Positions 26,841 through 39,700 of a stretch of DNA of 64,000 nt are shown in pieces. The DNA comes from Gracilinanus agilis (taxonomy: Eukaryota). The notes beneath the pieces were generated by a model. That model ran no database searches and had not been told where the DNA came from. It was given only the letters and a program-made list of their open reading frames with translations. The stretch is taken from the NCBI RefSeq assembly GCF_016433145.1, contig NC_058133.1:189960306-190024305 (forward strand). Reading direction: 5' to 3'. The position numbers and the translations under genes are program-made. How positions within the stretch are numbered: position 1 is the stretch's first letter; each line of letters starts with the position of its first letter.

Positions 26841-27341
26841 TGGAGACCCCCAAAGCTTGTGCTTGTTCCCTGTTCCTGTGAGAATCCACCCAGAAGGGAA
26901 TCTCAGGCTAGCAGTTGCAGACAGAATAATGGACCGTAGGGTAATGCTAAATACCCTTTTGTCTTAGGTAGTCTTGCCCACAGTATCAAAGACCCTGTCC
27001 CAGGAAGACACACCTGAGCAGGGACCATCCTTTAGTATCCATTATGTAAGAAGCCCCTTCCCTTACACCCTAGCCTCCGGCTATGATTCCTTTCCCAAGC
27101 TTGATTGTAGCTCCTAGATCTTCCCAAATGGTATATAAGTTCCCCAATTTCCTTTGTTCTTTGGAGTCATCTAGTGTCACTCCCAGGGGGTCAGGGATCA
27201 GAGCGAAGCCCTGTTCAATCCTGGACTCTGCACAAGGCGCACCTTCTGCATAAGAGGCCAAGTATCCCAGTTCCCCCTTTCCCTTGATTAAAGAGTGGCT
27301 TTATGACTATTTAATAGTTCTGTGTTTTTTCTAAGTTAACA
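26759..27341 (+). mobile_element. Solo ERV LTR (583 bp, probably ERV1 class)
   Basis: TGT...ACA termini, 4-bp TSD AAGA (26755-26758 and 27342-27345), TATATAA at 27132, ATTAAA at 27287. Confidence 0.8.
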
Positions 27342-29549
27342 AAGACAAAGCTGAAAGGATTGGAAGGGGCTTTGAGTGTGCTGGAAGATTAGGGGGAAGG
27401 CTGGTGGTAGTATGAGTCATTTAGCTGATGAAATAAAACACAAAGGCTTAGACTTAAGAGATACCTCCAAGAAGGGAACTCTCACACTTAGCATGGAGTC
27501 CATTGACACTGAAAGAGATGAACCAGAGACAGTCCCCTCACTAAACAGAGTCCCTTAGAGAGGGCTTTAGACTGAGAGATCCTTAGAAAGGGCCTCAGAT
27601 CCAGAAATAACAACTCTACTCTCTACTCCTAGAAGATTCTCAATCTAGAGAGGAAGCCTTCCCTGGCAGGGTTTTTGGACAGGGACAGAGATAGAAGGCC
27701 ACCCAACCCCTCTCCACCTCCCCACATACACAGAGGAAATCCTGGACCCAGAAAAACCCCATGGAAGGAAACCTGGAACTTGGAGCAAAGAATATAACCT
27801 CCACTGAGTTTTCAAGTTCTTCACCTTAACATGAAGGGGGACTTCTAAGGTATTTTCCAGATCTAAGTAGACATAATGGAATCTTGGAACCAAAAAGACC
27901 CTTTAAAGAGGAAAACCTGGACAAAGAGACCACCTTTCCTTCTCCCCCCACCCCACCCCGCCAAAGAGGAAAACCTGGGAAAGGGAATCCCAGGGCTCCT
28001 AGGTGGCAGAATCATGAGTTTATTTGGGGACTATCTTCTTACAGCTAAACTTCGGCAGGCCACGGTCACAGAAAGGAAACCCAACTGACCCAAGGGGTGG
28101 GGGGCTTTGTCCTATTCTGAGCCTCCTATTATTGCCCAGTTGGGACAGGGGGTATAAAGGAATGGTTGATGCTATCTTTGGCCCCTTTGCTCCTGTGATC
28201 TGTGGTACTTGGATGCTGTACCCACCCTTCCACTTAGGATGCCCAGTGTACCCTGGAGCAAGCTGAGGCTACCTACTTACCGGGGTCTTCTCCTATGATC
28301 AAAATCTCTAAGTGCAGGGAGCAGCTGATGCTGACAGAGGTAACCTCCTACTTCCTTCCTTGACCTCCCAGTTATCCCCGCCCTCCTGTATCCGGTCTAC
28401 TGGCAAGAAGAGCCCAGTTGAGAAAAAGGGATGCCAAGGAAGTAACACAGCTCCCTCTAGAGCCATGGGGCCAGAAATGAAGTAGGAGTTATCCAGACCA
28501 AGCTCCGATTGGGCTGCCAGCCCAAAGGTCTTTTCCCATTAGACCTGATGCTGATAATTTTTATTTTTCTAAAAGGGAAGGGAAAGGATGATCAACACAT
28601 TTCTGGGACTTCTAAGGCAAAAAGGTTGAGAGTGAGAGCCTGGCAGTCTCAAGGTCAAGATATGGGGTGGAAGGTGCTGCCATTCCCTCCTAATTTAAGG
28701 CACTGTACAAGTCAATAGGATTCATTCATCCATTCGACAAAACATTTATTAAATACCTCACATATATACAAGGCATTATGCCCTGAAGAAGCTTATTATA
28801 GTCAACAGAGGGGTGGAGAACAATCTATATACACAGTATATACAAAGTAATTTCTAAGTGGAGAGTACTAGTAACTGGTGGGGATGGGGAATCAAGATAG
28901 GCTTCTTCTAGGAGGTAATGTGAGTTGAAATTTAAATCACATATTCTATGAGGATCCTGGATTTGGGAGCTAGAAGAGACACTGGATGAAAAGATCACTT
29001 AGGTCAACTTTGTCCTTTTGCCACAGAAGAAATTAAGATGCAGAAAGGAGCAGTGATTTAGCCAAGGTCACATAAGGGAATTATCCAAAGTTAATATACA
29101 ATACTCATCTTTTCAAAGTATTATCAGCCATATAAATGTGGTTCATTGAACACTGAACAACTGAACTCACTCAATTAGATGTTGGACACTCCTTACTGGT
29201 TTTTTAAAAGGCCTACTATGTTTCAGGCCCTGTGATAAGTACTAGGGATCTACAGAAATGGAAAACAATTCCTGCTCTCAAGAAGCTCATAGTCTGTCCT
29301 CAAGTAACTTAAGAGTTTAGAGGCCATGGTCAGTACAAGTAGGGCACATGGCTTCATAGCTTTGCCAAGGAGAGGAGCATTTTTGTTCACTTAAATCTTG
29401 ACACCACGGATGACTATTCAATGTCAGGTTGGTGTAGGTTGGGTGGGAGCAGTCGCTGGGATGGAAATTTATAGGGGGGCAAGGGTGTGAGGGCTTGGTG
29501 CTGGCTCTGTCAGCCTGACAAGTCCCCCATAAACCAAAGGTGGCACCCT

Positions 29550-30700
29550 CAGGTTAGTGCTGAGGTGGCACTCTCGGGCTGCCCACATGAAGGTTGCCTA
29601 TAAAACAGGTCCGAGCATCATGAGGGGGAGGCCACCGCTGCGTTTGGGGATCCCGGGGTGGGGATGAAAGGTGCGAGCCGCGTTCCCCCAGCTTGGCTGG
29701 GCAGGGCTCCGAGGACCTCCCTCTCCCAGCACGCCGGCGGCCCGTCGGACTCCCCAGGCCGCTCCAGTTCCCCTTGTCTTCTGTCCCACGGGAGAAGGAC
29801 GCGAGGGCGTAGCCATGGCGACGGGCCCCCCGGAACCCTGAGAACAAGCTGGGTTTCCAGGGCCAGCGCGCGGCCGCGCGGGCGACAGGCACGGAGCCTT
29901 ACTCCGCGCCCTCACACACTAGTCCAAGCTGGCTCCTCCGATGAGCCGGGGCCGCCTGTGGGCCCGCACTCTAGCCACAGCAGCCAGGAGGGGACCAGCG
30001 CCGCTCTGGCAGCCAGCGCGTCCTCCCTCTGGCAGGCGAGTCCGAGAGAGCCCCTCTGGGCTCGCCTGGGCAGCTGAGGCGGCGCCGCTCGTTGCTCCGG
30101 AGCCCGGAAGTGCTCTCTACTGCCCGCCCCCCACCCGGCTCCCTGGCTCTGGCGGTAAGATGGCGGCGGCCGCGGAGTGCGATGTGGTAATGGCGGCGGC
30201 GGCGGGGACAGATCCCGAGCCAGAACTGACTGAAGATGAGGAGACCAGGAGGTAAATGGGGGTGCCGGTGGGCCCGGGGGAGGGGACGGCGGGTGGCCCC
30301 GGCTCCTGAGGGGAGGAGGCGCCGTTTCCCCCCACCCCCACCCCCCACCTCTAGGCTCGGCTGGGCCCTGTACCTACGCAGGGCTGGAGCCCCCTGGGCT
30401 GAGGGGGCGGACAGGGGATGATGATCGCAGGCGCCGTGACTGCACCGTCGCTGCTGTCCCCCAACTAGACACACCTCAGGTCTGTGTCCAGGCTCGAGGT
30501 GTTAGGAAGGAGAGGAGGAGCTGGGACTTAGAGCCCGAGCTCGGACCCACAGTCACAGCAGGGCCCCGCTGCTTTTGCTGTGTGACCTTGGGAGGGTCCC
30601 TCTGGGTTTTGGCTTCTTCTGTTAGAGGAGCAGACTCACCCACCCCACCCCCACCCACACCCCATCCCCCCACACCCAGTGCCCGTCCCCTTGCCTAACC
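29550..30700. promoter_or_regulatory. CpG island; bidirectional NKIRAS2/DNAJC7 promoter
   Basis: High GC/CpG; RFX X-box-like GTAGCCATGGCGAC 29809-29822; ETS CCGGAAGT 30104-30111; YY1 AAGATGGCGGC 30157-30167 over the DNAJC7 ATG. Confidence 0.85.
29903..30050 (-). other. NKIRAS2: Candidate non-coding first exon of NKIRAS2
   Basis: Only GTRAG-type minus-strand donor I found in the island (GGA|GTAAGG at 29903/29902). The 5' end is a guess. Confidence 0.4.
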
Positions 30701-33700
30701 CTCTAGCGATCCTGTGCTTCCTACACTTTCCTTCCATCCCAGCCTTGCTCATCGATATTAGATTATGCCATCTACATCCGGCCCTCTCCCCTCAGCTCCA
30801 TGATTTTTTTTTTTTTTTTTTTTTTTATGGGGGGGGACTTTGATTGTTGGGGAGAATCCCTCGCTTGTCCCCACAAGGGTCCTGGGAAGATTCCTGCTGG
30901 AGGAAGCCTAGAGATCGTCCTGTTTGGGGCCCAGTTATCCCTGTAGGATCAGGCAGCTGCAGTGTGGCCTGAGGTGGCCAAGAAGGACTAGCCCAAACCA
31001 CTGCAGTCAAGTAGGAGATTTTTCTGAAAAGGCCTAGATTCTTCAAACATTATATTATGGCTGCTCATTTTAGCTGCCTTTCTCCTTCTAAGGCTCCTAG
31101 GGATCTCCCCATTTTGGATGCTTCTAGGTTGTGTGGTGGAGATAAAGGATTATGGGACTCAGGTGACTCCAGCTCTGAATCCAGCCACTAGCCATAAGTA
31201 TTCCCTCAATGTGACCAGTTTTAAGATTTACCCCTTCCTAAATTTTCACTCAGATCAAAGGACATTTCCAAAGTTCATATCCTGAGATTTTGTTGTGGTG
31301 GGAGACACAAGCATCTGCAAAGCAGTGTACTTCCCTCTGGGCTCAGATACCATAGTAGAAAAGGAGCCATAAAACTAGGCCTCAGTTTTTTGGTGTTGAT
31401 GTAAACATTGTTGTTCTAAACTGCTGATGCGATAGAGCAAATTAAAGCCCTTCTTCAACTAAGGAATTGCAAAGTGGGAAGCAGTAGTCCTTCCTTCTAG
31501 CCATAGAGGACAGCCCAACCTTTCTTGATTAAGTATAACCAGGTTAGAGTAGGAGAGCTTGTGTTTGGAGACTTAGTGCTGAAAATGAACTGGCAATAGA
31601 GTTCCACATTTTAGGAGGTTGGCTTTGTAATCATATGAGTTGCCTCCTCTCTCAACTCACCTGTATCTCATGTATGCAGTGACTGGGGACAGCCTTTAGA
31701 AATTCCCTTTTCTTCAGTGACATGGTTAGTCAGATTCTTGGCCTTTCAGTTCTGGGTCCAGTATTAGTTCACCTGGAAACAAAATATGAAACATCCCTTG
31801 GGCTGGTTTTGTGAGACTGTGTTTGTGTACATGGATGTGCTCTGTGTATACACTGGGGACAGGTACTCCTTTGGCTCAAGGAAAAGATTTATCTTTTTCA
31901 TCTTTGCCACCTGCCCCTGCTGAACTGTCACTGTCCCAGCAGGGGGCAAAAGTAAGAATTTTCTAGAGCTCTCTAGTGTCTAGGCATTGGTAGTTCTGAT
32001 AGTTTTCATTTTCTTGGCCCTGTGTCTCCAAGGGAAGTTGTTTTGTGGTCTATACCTCTGGCAGTGTTCTTTTTTCCCCTGAAGAAGCTGAAATGAAAGT
32101 TTATTAGTCCAAAAGGCCAACATCCACTTCAGGATGGACCAAGATTTTATGCAGAGAAATTCTTGGTTCCTCTTACCCTAGAAGAGCTTCATCCCTATTA
32201 GGAAAGGAATCAAAGAGCTGATGCATATCTTTAAATTCAGGTGGTTCTTGTTCTCAGATTTACATTTTCCTATAGAATCCAGGTACTGTCTGAGTGATAG
32301 TACTATTTGAGTGGGCTACCAGCGAGAATTGACATCCAGTGTACCCTGAGGGTGCTCTGCTAAAGCCATATAGCTGTTGTTGGTATCTCCAGGGCTATAT
32401 AGCAGATCAACCTTTATTGATCCAAGGTATTATAAGGGTAAGTTTGGGCTTTGAATTGTTCTTTATCCTTATTAGACAACAGACTTTTGTTTACATATAT
32501 CTGAAAAGCAAGTGGTCATTGAAACAGCTTCCTTAACTGTAAAATGATGGGGTTGTACCTATAGGGCCTTTAAAGATCCTAATCTATTATGCTGTCTATG
32601 ATCCTAAGTCAGTGAGAATTGGATTTGATTCACTAAACCAGTCACCATACTGGTGACTTCCTCTTACTTTGAACAAATAAATTGTTTAACTTCCTCAAAA
32701 GCAGGCATAAGACACTTTCATTTACCCCACAGCAAAAAAAAAATTGAACAGAAGCAGTTTCTAATATGTATACACACATATCTAAATATGTATACACATA
32801 CATATTTGCATGTATTACCTGTATGTGGTACATACACACAAACACATGTGTGAGCATACATATATGTATACATACATACACCACTGTTGTCCAATTTATT
32901 GCTGTGGGATAAATAAAAGTTTCTCCTGCCCCTTTCCTAAAGGATATGTGCATTGTGTATAACTCTCCCTCAAGAATATTTATTTACAAAGAGTGTTCCC
33001 AGACTCCTGTCTATCTATATAGTAAGACTGGAATTAAAGATAAGTGAATAAGAGTAAAAGGGAACATCAGTGTTGTTTGTGGGAGGGATAGAGCTAGGAG
33101 TCCTAAATCCTGAATAGCAACAAATTATCTAAACATACCTACTTTCAAGTTCCAGAATTGCTGAAAATGATTAGAATGAAAATAGAACACAAACTGAAGG
33201 TCTTCCCCCTCTCCCTCGCCACCTCAGTTAATAGACCCATATATAGGATAAACAAGTAATTTTTGATGAATGTTGGGCCAGTTGACTGGCAGTTGCTCAG
33301 GTCCATTCCCAACCACCAGCACTCCGATTGGCTTAAAGCCCAACCCCATTGTGTGTTCTGGCCAATCAGAAACCAGTTTATTCATAGAAGGGACCGTTTT
33401 TTTAAAAGTAGATCTGAGTACTGGGCACTTGGAGAGCCAGCTAGTTTTCCTGTTCCTGGACTTTGGATTGGAGAATAATGGTCAGCTGCCCAGTGTCCCT
33501 GTTGCTTGGTGCAGGGTATCCCTGAGAGCATATTTCTCCTTTGTCCTTCTAATGTTTGGCCCCCCTCTCCAGTGCTGAATGATGTGGAAGTTACTTAGAG
33601 GTCATTCCAGGTATTCTTTTAAATTATAAGAGTCTAAACAAAAAGAGGCAGGTTCAGAGACTATAGACCTATGTAGTTTTTCCACTGGCCTTGTCATTTT

Positions 33701-36700
33701 CTGGATGATATCTTTTCTACCCTAACAAGGTCAAAAAAATTTTCTCTTAGCTCACAACTCTATATAGTGAGATGTCTAGCTGGCTTGCAAGGAGTAATGA
33801 ATTGATATGGGATATTTGGTTTTGGTGATCTGATTCTAAAAGTTCTGGGAGTTGATTATTTCCATCTGGATGTATTACTTCTGTAACTGACAGTTTCAGT
33901 CTTAACTGTCAAAGGAGATAACTGGCCCTCCTGACCCTCAGAAAGAACATAGGGTTAAATATGTGAGGATAAAGTGAGAGACAGAGAAGACTAACTTGAA
34001 GTCTTGGGTCCATGTGCCAGCTCTGGCAGTCATCAGTTCTGACAGGTTCAGTCTTTACTGTTTCTGTCTTTCATGTCTTCCTCTTTCTCAGAAAGCGATA
34101 AACTTATATTGGATTCTGGGTGAGAGTGAGGCAGGATGTGTTTTTTTGGAATACCAGTTAATGCCTCTGGCCTATTTGGAAAGCCAGTGGTTTTTTTTTG
34201 TTTGTTTTTTGTTTTTTGTTTTTGTTTTTAGGAAAATCACTCAGAAGCAGTGGGTTTTTGCCTTCAGGTTGGCGCTAGAAAGATTTGTGGAATTCATCAA
34301 AAGATGTCTTCCCATGAATGCCATGCAGGACCATTGTACTCTGTTCTGAATCTGTGGCCTTCCTCACCTTTTCAGGATGTTCTCTTCTAATTAAAAAGGT
34401 TTAGAACGCTCATAGTTGAAGTACACCTGTCTACATACACAGAAGCACAGGGTTCTTCAGAAACTGGGGGAAGAAGCCAGTTTGCTTTTTATTGAATCAG
34501 CTGAGCTGTAGCTGTTTCCAGCAACTTGCTCTGGTTGCTTCTCCTTGCCTCAAACAGTAGAGAGTGCTGCTGCCCAGGGTGATCTGTCTGTAGCTTCTCT
34601 TGTTGCAACACCAGTTCCTTTTTCTTATGAGCCCTACTAGACTACTGCCTGAGAAAAACGACAATCACTTGATTAATTTTAGTTAGAGGTTGCTCAATGA
34701 CCACTTCTTCCAAATATAAATACCATTTCTTATTGTGACTGGTCTCAAAGCACTAGGATAGTTTTCCTTTCCCTCCCCTTCCCTTTCCTCATCTCCCCAA
34801 ACTCCTGTCCAGCCTGGAATTTTTGTATCATTATATATGTATATATTCAGAAATCCTCAAGGACCCAAGTCATTTAGAATCTCCAGTGACTCTTAGCACC
34901 TCCGGGTTCCCTGATTTGACTCCTAGATTTATGGAAGACCAAGAAGTTGTGTGACTTAATGGTAAAATGTAAATCCATGATATTGCCTTAGTGTAGAATC
35001 TGGATTTCTAGTCTGAACTCTACCCTCTTGTGAGGAATAGAGGTAGTGGAACATGGAACAACCTCTCCATAAAGCCTTTAGGGACAGAAGAATATGGAAG
35101 GTCATGGAATAGGAATTTTTACTTTGATATTTTAAGATCTCATAAATTTTGAAGATTTTTGTTGATCAGTAGTAGAAGTAACAGTAAATATAACTGAAAA
35201 AAAGGAACATTTAAGGTTATAAAATGATGCAGTTCCTTGAAAGAGCTGTTTATAAGAATTAGGAGTGTTTAAAACATCCCTGTTAGCAGCTAGGTGACAC
35301 ATTGACACTGGCCTTGGAATCAGGAATACATCTTCATGAGTTCAGATCTGGCCTTATTAGATGTGTGATCCAGAGCACTTCCCCATTTGCCTCAGTTCCT
35401 CATTTCCCAAACAAGCTGGAGAAGAAAATGGGAAGCCATTATCTTTGCCCAAAAATGAAACAAAACAAAACAAAAAACAACCCAAATAGGGTCATGAAGA
35501 GTCAGACATGACTGAAACAACTCAACAACAGTGAAATGTAACGATCCTGAGAAGCTGAGTGAAGCCTGATCTATCCCCATTCCCCTTTTTTTAGGAAGCA
35601 GCCAAGTGGCTCAGTGGATAGATGGCTAGGTCTGGAATTAGGAAGATCTGAATTTAAATATGACCTCAAGACACATCCTAGCTGTGTGAACCTGGGCAAG
35701 TCACTTAACTTCTGATTACTTGACCAAAGGATCTACTCACTAGATGCACTGGAGAAGAAAATTGCAAACTGTTCCAGTATCTGTGCCAAAACCCTCCCCA
35801 AAGGATAGCTATGTGACCATGGGGTCACAGAAGACTTGGATACAACTGAACTACTACAACAAAACACCTGTCTTTCATTATTGCCTCTCCTTTATTTGAT
35901 ACTATCCCTATTAAAAGACACTGATAGGGCATTTAGGTAGCCCAGTGGATAGAGAGCTGGTCCTAGAGTGGGAAGTCCTGATTTCCAATGTGGCCTCAGA
36001 CACTTCCCAACTGTGTGACCATGGGCAAGTCAGTTAATTCTCATTGCCTAGCCCTTACCATTCTTCTGCCTTGGAATAGATACTTAGTATCAATTCTGAG
36101 ACTGAAAGTAAAGGGTTTTTTGTTTGTTTGTTTGTTTTTTAAACTGGTTGAGTAAAGATGCATTTTATTCACTTTCTTGCTACAATTAAAAAAAAAACCT
36201 TGCCCAAGGTCACCAGATAGGAAGTGTATGAGGTTGGATTTGAACCCAGCACCTCCTACAGGCCACCTGAACCACCTACCTTCTGCCCTTGCTATGATTC
36301 TAATATTCCCTGAAAATTAAACAGCAAAAACCAAAAAGACTCAAAACCCCATGCTCTTCCTAAAGTACACTTAGGGATAAATTTTTTTCAGGCAAGCATT
36401 TTTTTCTTTGCCTCTCAAGTAGCAGCAAGGAAGATATATCAGTGATAAAGTATAAAATGACCTCAATCAGGCCTCCACATTTATTCTAATTGTAACAATT
36501 ACCAATTATATCAGAAGAAATGAACTTCCTAATATATTAAAACTAATGTTTTGGAATAAAGAGGAGTATTGTCTTTCTTCTAAATATCCCAAAGAAAAAG
36601 TCAGCATATCATGGTTCCAAAAAACCCCTGAAATTGTCTGGTTATTTTTAGGGTATACCAGAGTAGAGTAAAATCTTAAATTGGAAGAGCACAAAAAGTA

Positions 36701-39700
36701 GAATGATGATGACTTTGGATTCTGATTCTTTTATTTATTAGCTGTGTGAACTTGGGCTCTCTGAGCCTCAGTTTCTCATCTCCAAAATGGAGATTATGAA
36801 GGTAAACATTAAGTGCCCACAATTTGCCAGGCTTTGAGCTGATTGTTTGGGATAAAAGATCAGGAAGAAGACAGCCCCTGCTCTCAAGGAGCGCAGTCTG
36901 ATAGGGGAGACCACAAGCAAATATATATAAACCAGCTATATCTAGGATAAATAGGATATAATTAGGAAAAGGAAGATTTATTATTCTTTCTTGTAATAAC
37001 CTCACAGAGTTATTGTGGGGAAAAAACATTGTAAAATATGAATGTAACTGTTGTGTTCAGTATCATTTCAGAGAGACTCCCCAGCAGTGTCAAGAATCCT
37101 ACCAAATAAAGACTCCTGCATTAATGATAACTGATTGAAATAGCCAGATACTTCTTTAAATGGTAATAGATAAGAATAGTTGATCTATGGATTTTTTGAA
37201 ATTTTTAAATTTGGAGGTATTTAAAAATATTTTGTAGAGCGTGTAATGTGAAACATGTATTTTGTGAAACAAATTAGCTTATGAATATAAATCCTATTTT
37301 GGATTTCAGCATTCGATGCTGACTTAGTTTAGGAGTTTGGGGGAAGAGACAAGAAGTTAAGACTTTCCTGACTACTTTTCCCACAGTTCAGTAGCAATTG
37401 CTCTCAAAATGTGATTCTTTGGTAAGCCTACCCTTGCCTACCAAATGTGTATTCTAGTGCAGATATTCTTTCCAGACAGCTGCTAATGGCCAGATCACCA
37501 AGGTTCTGGCTTTCTAGCTACTTCTAAGTATGGTTGTCTCTGTCTTTAGGTGTGTGTAGATGGGCTATTTTTATAATTGACTATTTCTTAGGATATAGTA
37601 GTACAAAGGACATTTCTCCAATTTCCCTTTTCAATGCATAATAAGCCCCATTTCTAACTAGCATTTAGTAATATCCCCTCAATTTCCTGGTTTTCCAGGA
37701 TCCTGTGGCAGTGATTGGCTAAGCCAGGATAGTGGTGCATTGGATTGGAATGCATACTCCCATATCTCCGTTCAGAGCCTCTTCTCAAAGGAATGTGAAA
37801 AAATGTAAAAAGTGGTTATACAGACCTTAGGAACCAAGATTTGGTAAAAGATTCCTTTATTTCAGCTTACCAGTAAGCATTATTTATAAAGTCCCCATAG
37901 ATAGAGACAGGAAGAAAGGAACATAAATAAAAAACAGTAGGATGTAACTATATAAATATGCAGGGGGAAACAATCAATCAATAGAAACCTGCTTATCCTA
38001 ACTTGAATCTAGCTAAGCTTTTGTGTCTCTAGTAACCTCACTCTAGATGACCAACCACTGTTAGGGAAAGAATATGAAAGCCTTTGGTTTAGAGGACTGC
38101 AGCTTCCCTTGAGATTTGGCACATCAATCAGGCTTTGATTTTAGGGAGAGGAATTTCAGCAGCCAAAGTTGTTAGAGAGAAAACTAATAATTTGTAAAAT
38201 CTAATGTAAGGTGTGTTGTATGGCTGCATGGTTTCATAGTTTTGGTTTGTGTATATTTTCTAAGAGTAACAGTATTTGTTCACATTCACAAAGAAAGTAC
38301 ATGTAATAAAAATCCTAAACGACAAACCTGCGTGTGTTTGGGAACATGTGTTCTTATAGCTGCCACAAATCAAACATGAGATAAGTTGTGGCAGTCACAA
38401 AGTATCTATCAAAACATGCTCCTATTATAGATGCTGAACCCTGCTTAAGACTTAGTGATACTAAATGATAACTTTGGCAGCCTTTGTATAAGTGTTAGCA
38501 ATAGGTGAATAATTATTAATATGGGAAAGGAAACTTAGCAAAGTAAATTAGAAAACCCCATATTTTCACCACATTAAATAAAAGTGTTTTTCTAGCAAGT
38601 TGACCTTCCTTACTGCATAGATAATTTATATATAATATCTATGCATATAGTAACTGCATCAATGGTATTTGAAAGAACTTGGGACAAATCATTTAACCTC
38701 TAGGTCTCAGCTTCTTCAGTAAAATGATGGAATTGGACTAGATAATTTCAGAGGCCCCTTCCAGTTCTGAACCCCATGATCCAGTGAAATAAAACCGCCT
38801 GGGGTGAGGTATGGTTTCTTTTAAAAACAAAAAACCCAAATCAAAAACATGTTATATTGATGCCTTTGTCTTTACATCATAGGCATTTTCCATCTTACCC
38901 CCTCCAGATTGAATCTTTCCTCATGACAAAGAAAAAGAGTTAAGCAAAAACATTTAATCCAGAGATCACACCAGACAGTGTTTATGACATTCCACCCAGA
39001 GATTCCTGTTCCTCTGCCATGAAAGAGGAACTATGCTTCATTATCTTCTCCAACCACTGATTTTTCCATTGCTGAGTTCAGCTTTTAGTTATATTCATTT
39101 ACATTGTTGTCATTGTTTTACTTTTTCTCTTGGTTCTGCTTATTTCACTCTTATCGGTTCATACAAGTCTTCCCCATATTTCTTTGAATTCCTCATCTAT
39201 GTTGACATTGCATTTTCTTCATTGTATCATAAGAGATGAATATCAGTTTTTCATCCATCCCACAGCTTCTATTTTGTTTCCAATTTTTATTTTCACAGCA
39301 TGGGTCTATAAATATTTTCATGCATATTAGTCCTTTGTTTCTGTCTTTTAATTCTTGTAGTAGAAATGCTAGTAGGTCAAAAGGCATAAGCGAGTGAGTT
39401 ACTTTTAAAAAAAAAATAATTCCAAATTGAAATCCAGAACTGTTAGACCTCTTCAGAATTCCCACCAACAAGAATTCATCCATTGGTGTGCTTTTCTTCA
39501 CATTCAGCCCAACCAGCATTGACTATTCCCATCTTGGTGTTTTTGCCAGTGTTCGTGGTATGAGGTGAAACCTCAGAGTTGTTTTAATTTTCATTTATAG
39601 TTGGTGTTTTGGAAAATATTTTCATGTAGTCATCTACAGTCATTTAAAAAATTTGTTCATGTCTTTTGATTTATCATTAGGGAATAGCTCCTGAGATTAT

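Noticed and set aside
30260-30690. G-quadruplex-capable G/C runs (also 1000-1080 and 1320-1385)
   Set aside because: Routine at mammalian CpG-island first exon-intron boundaries.
37790-38290. LTR-like segment (TG...CA, TTTATT, TATA-like)
   Set aside because: No matching TSD and no family recognised; cannot be supported by eye.
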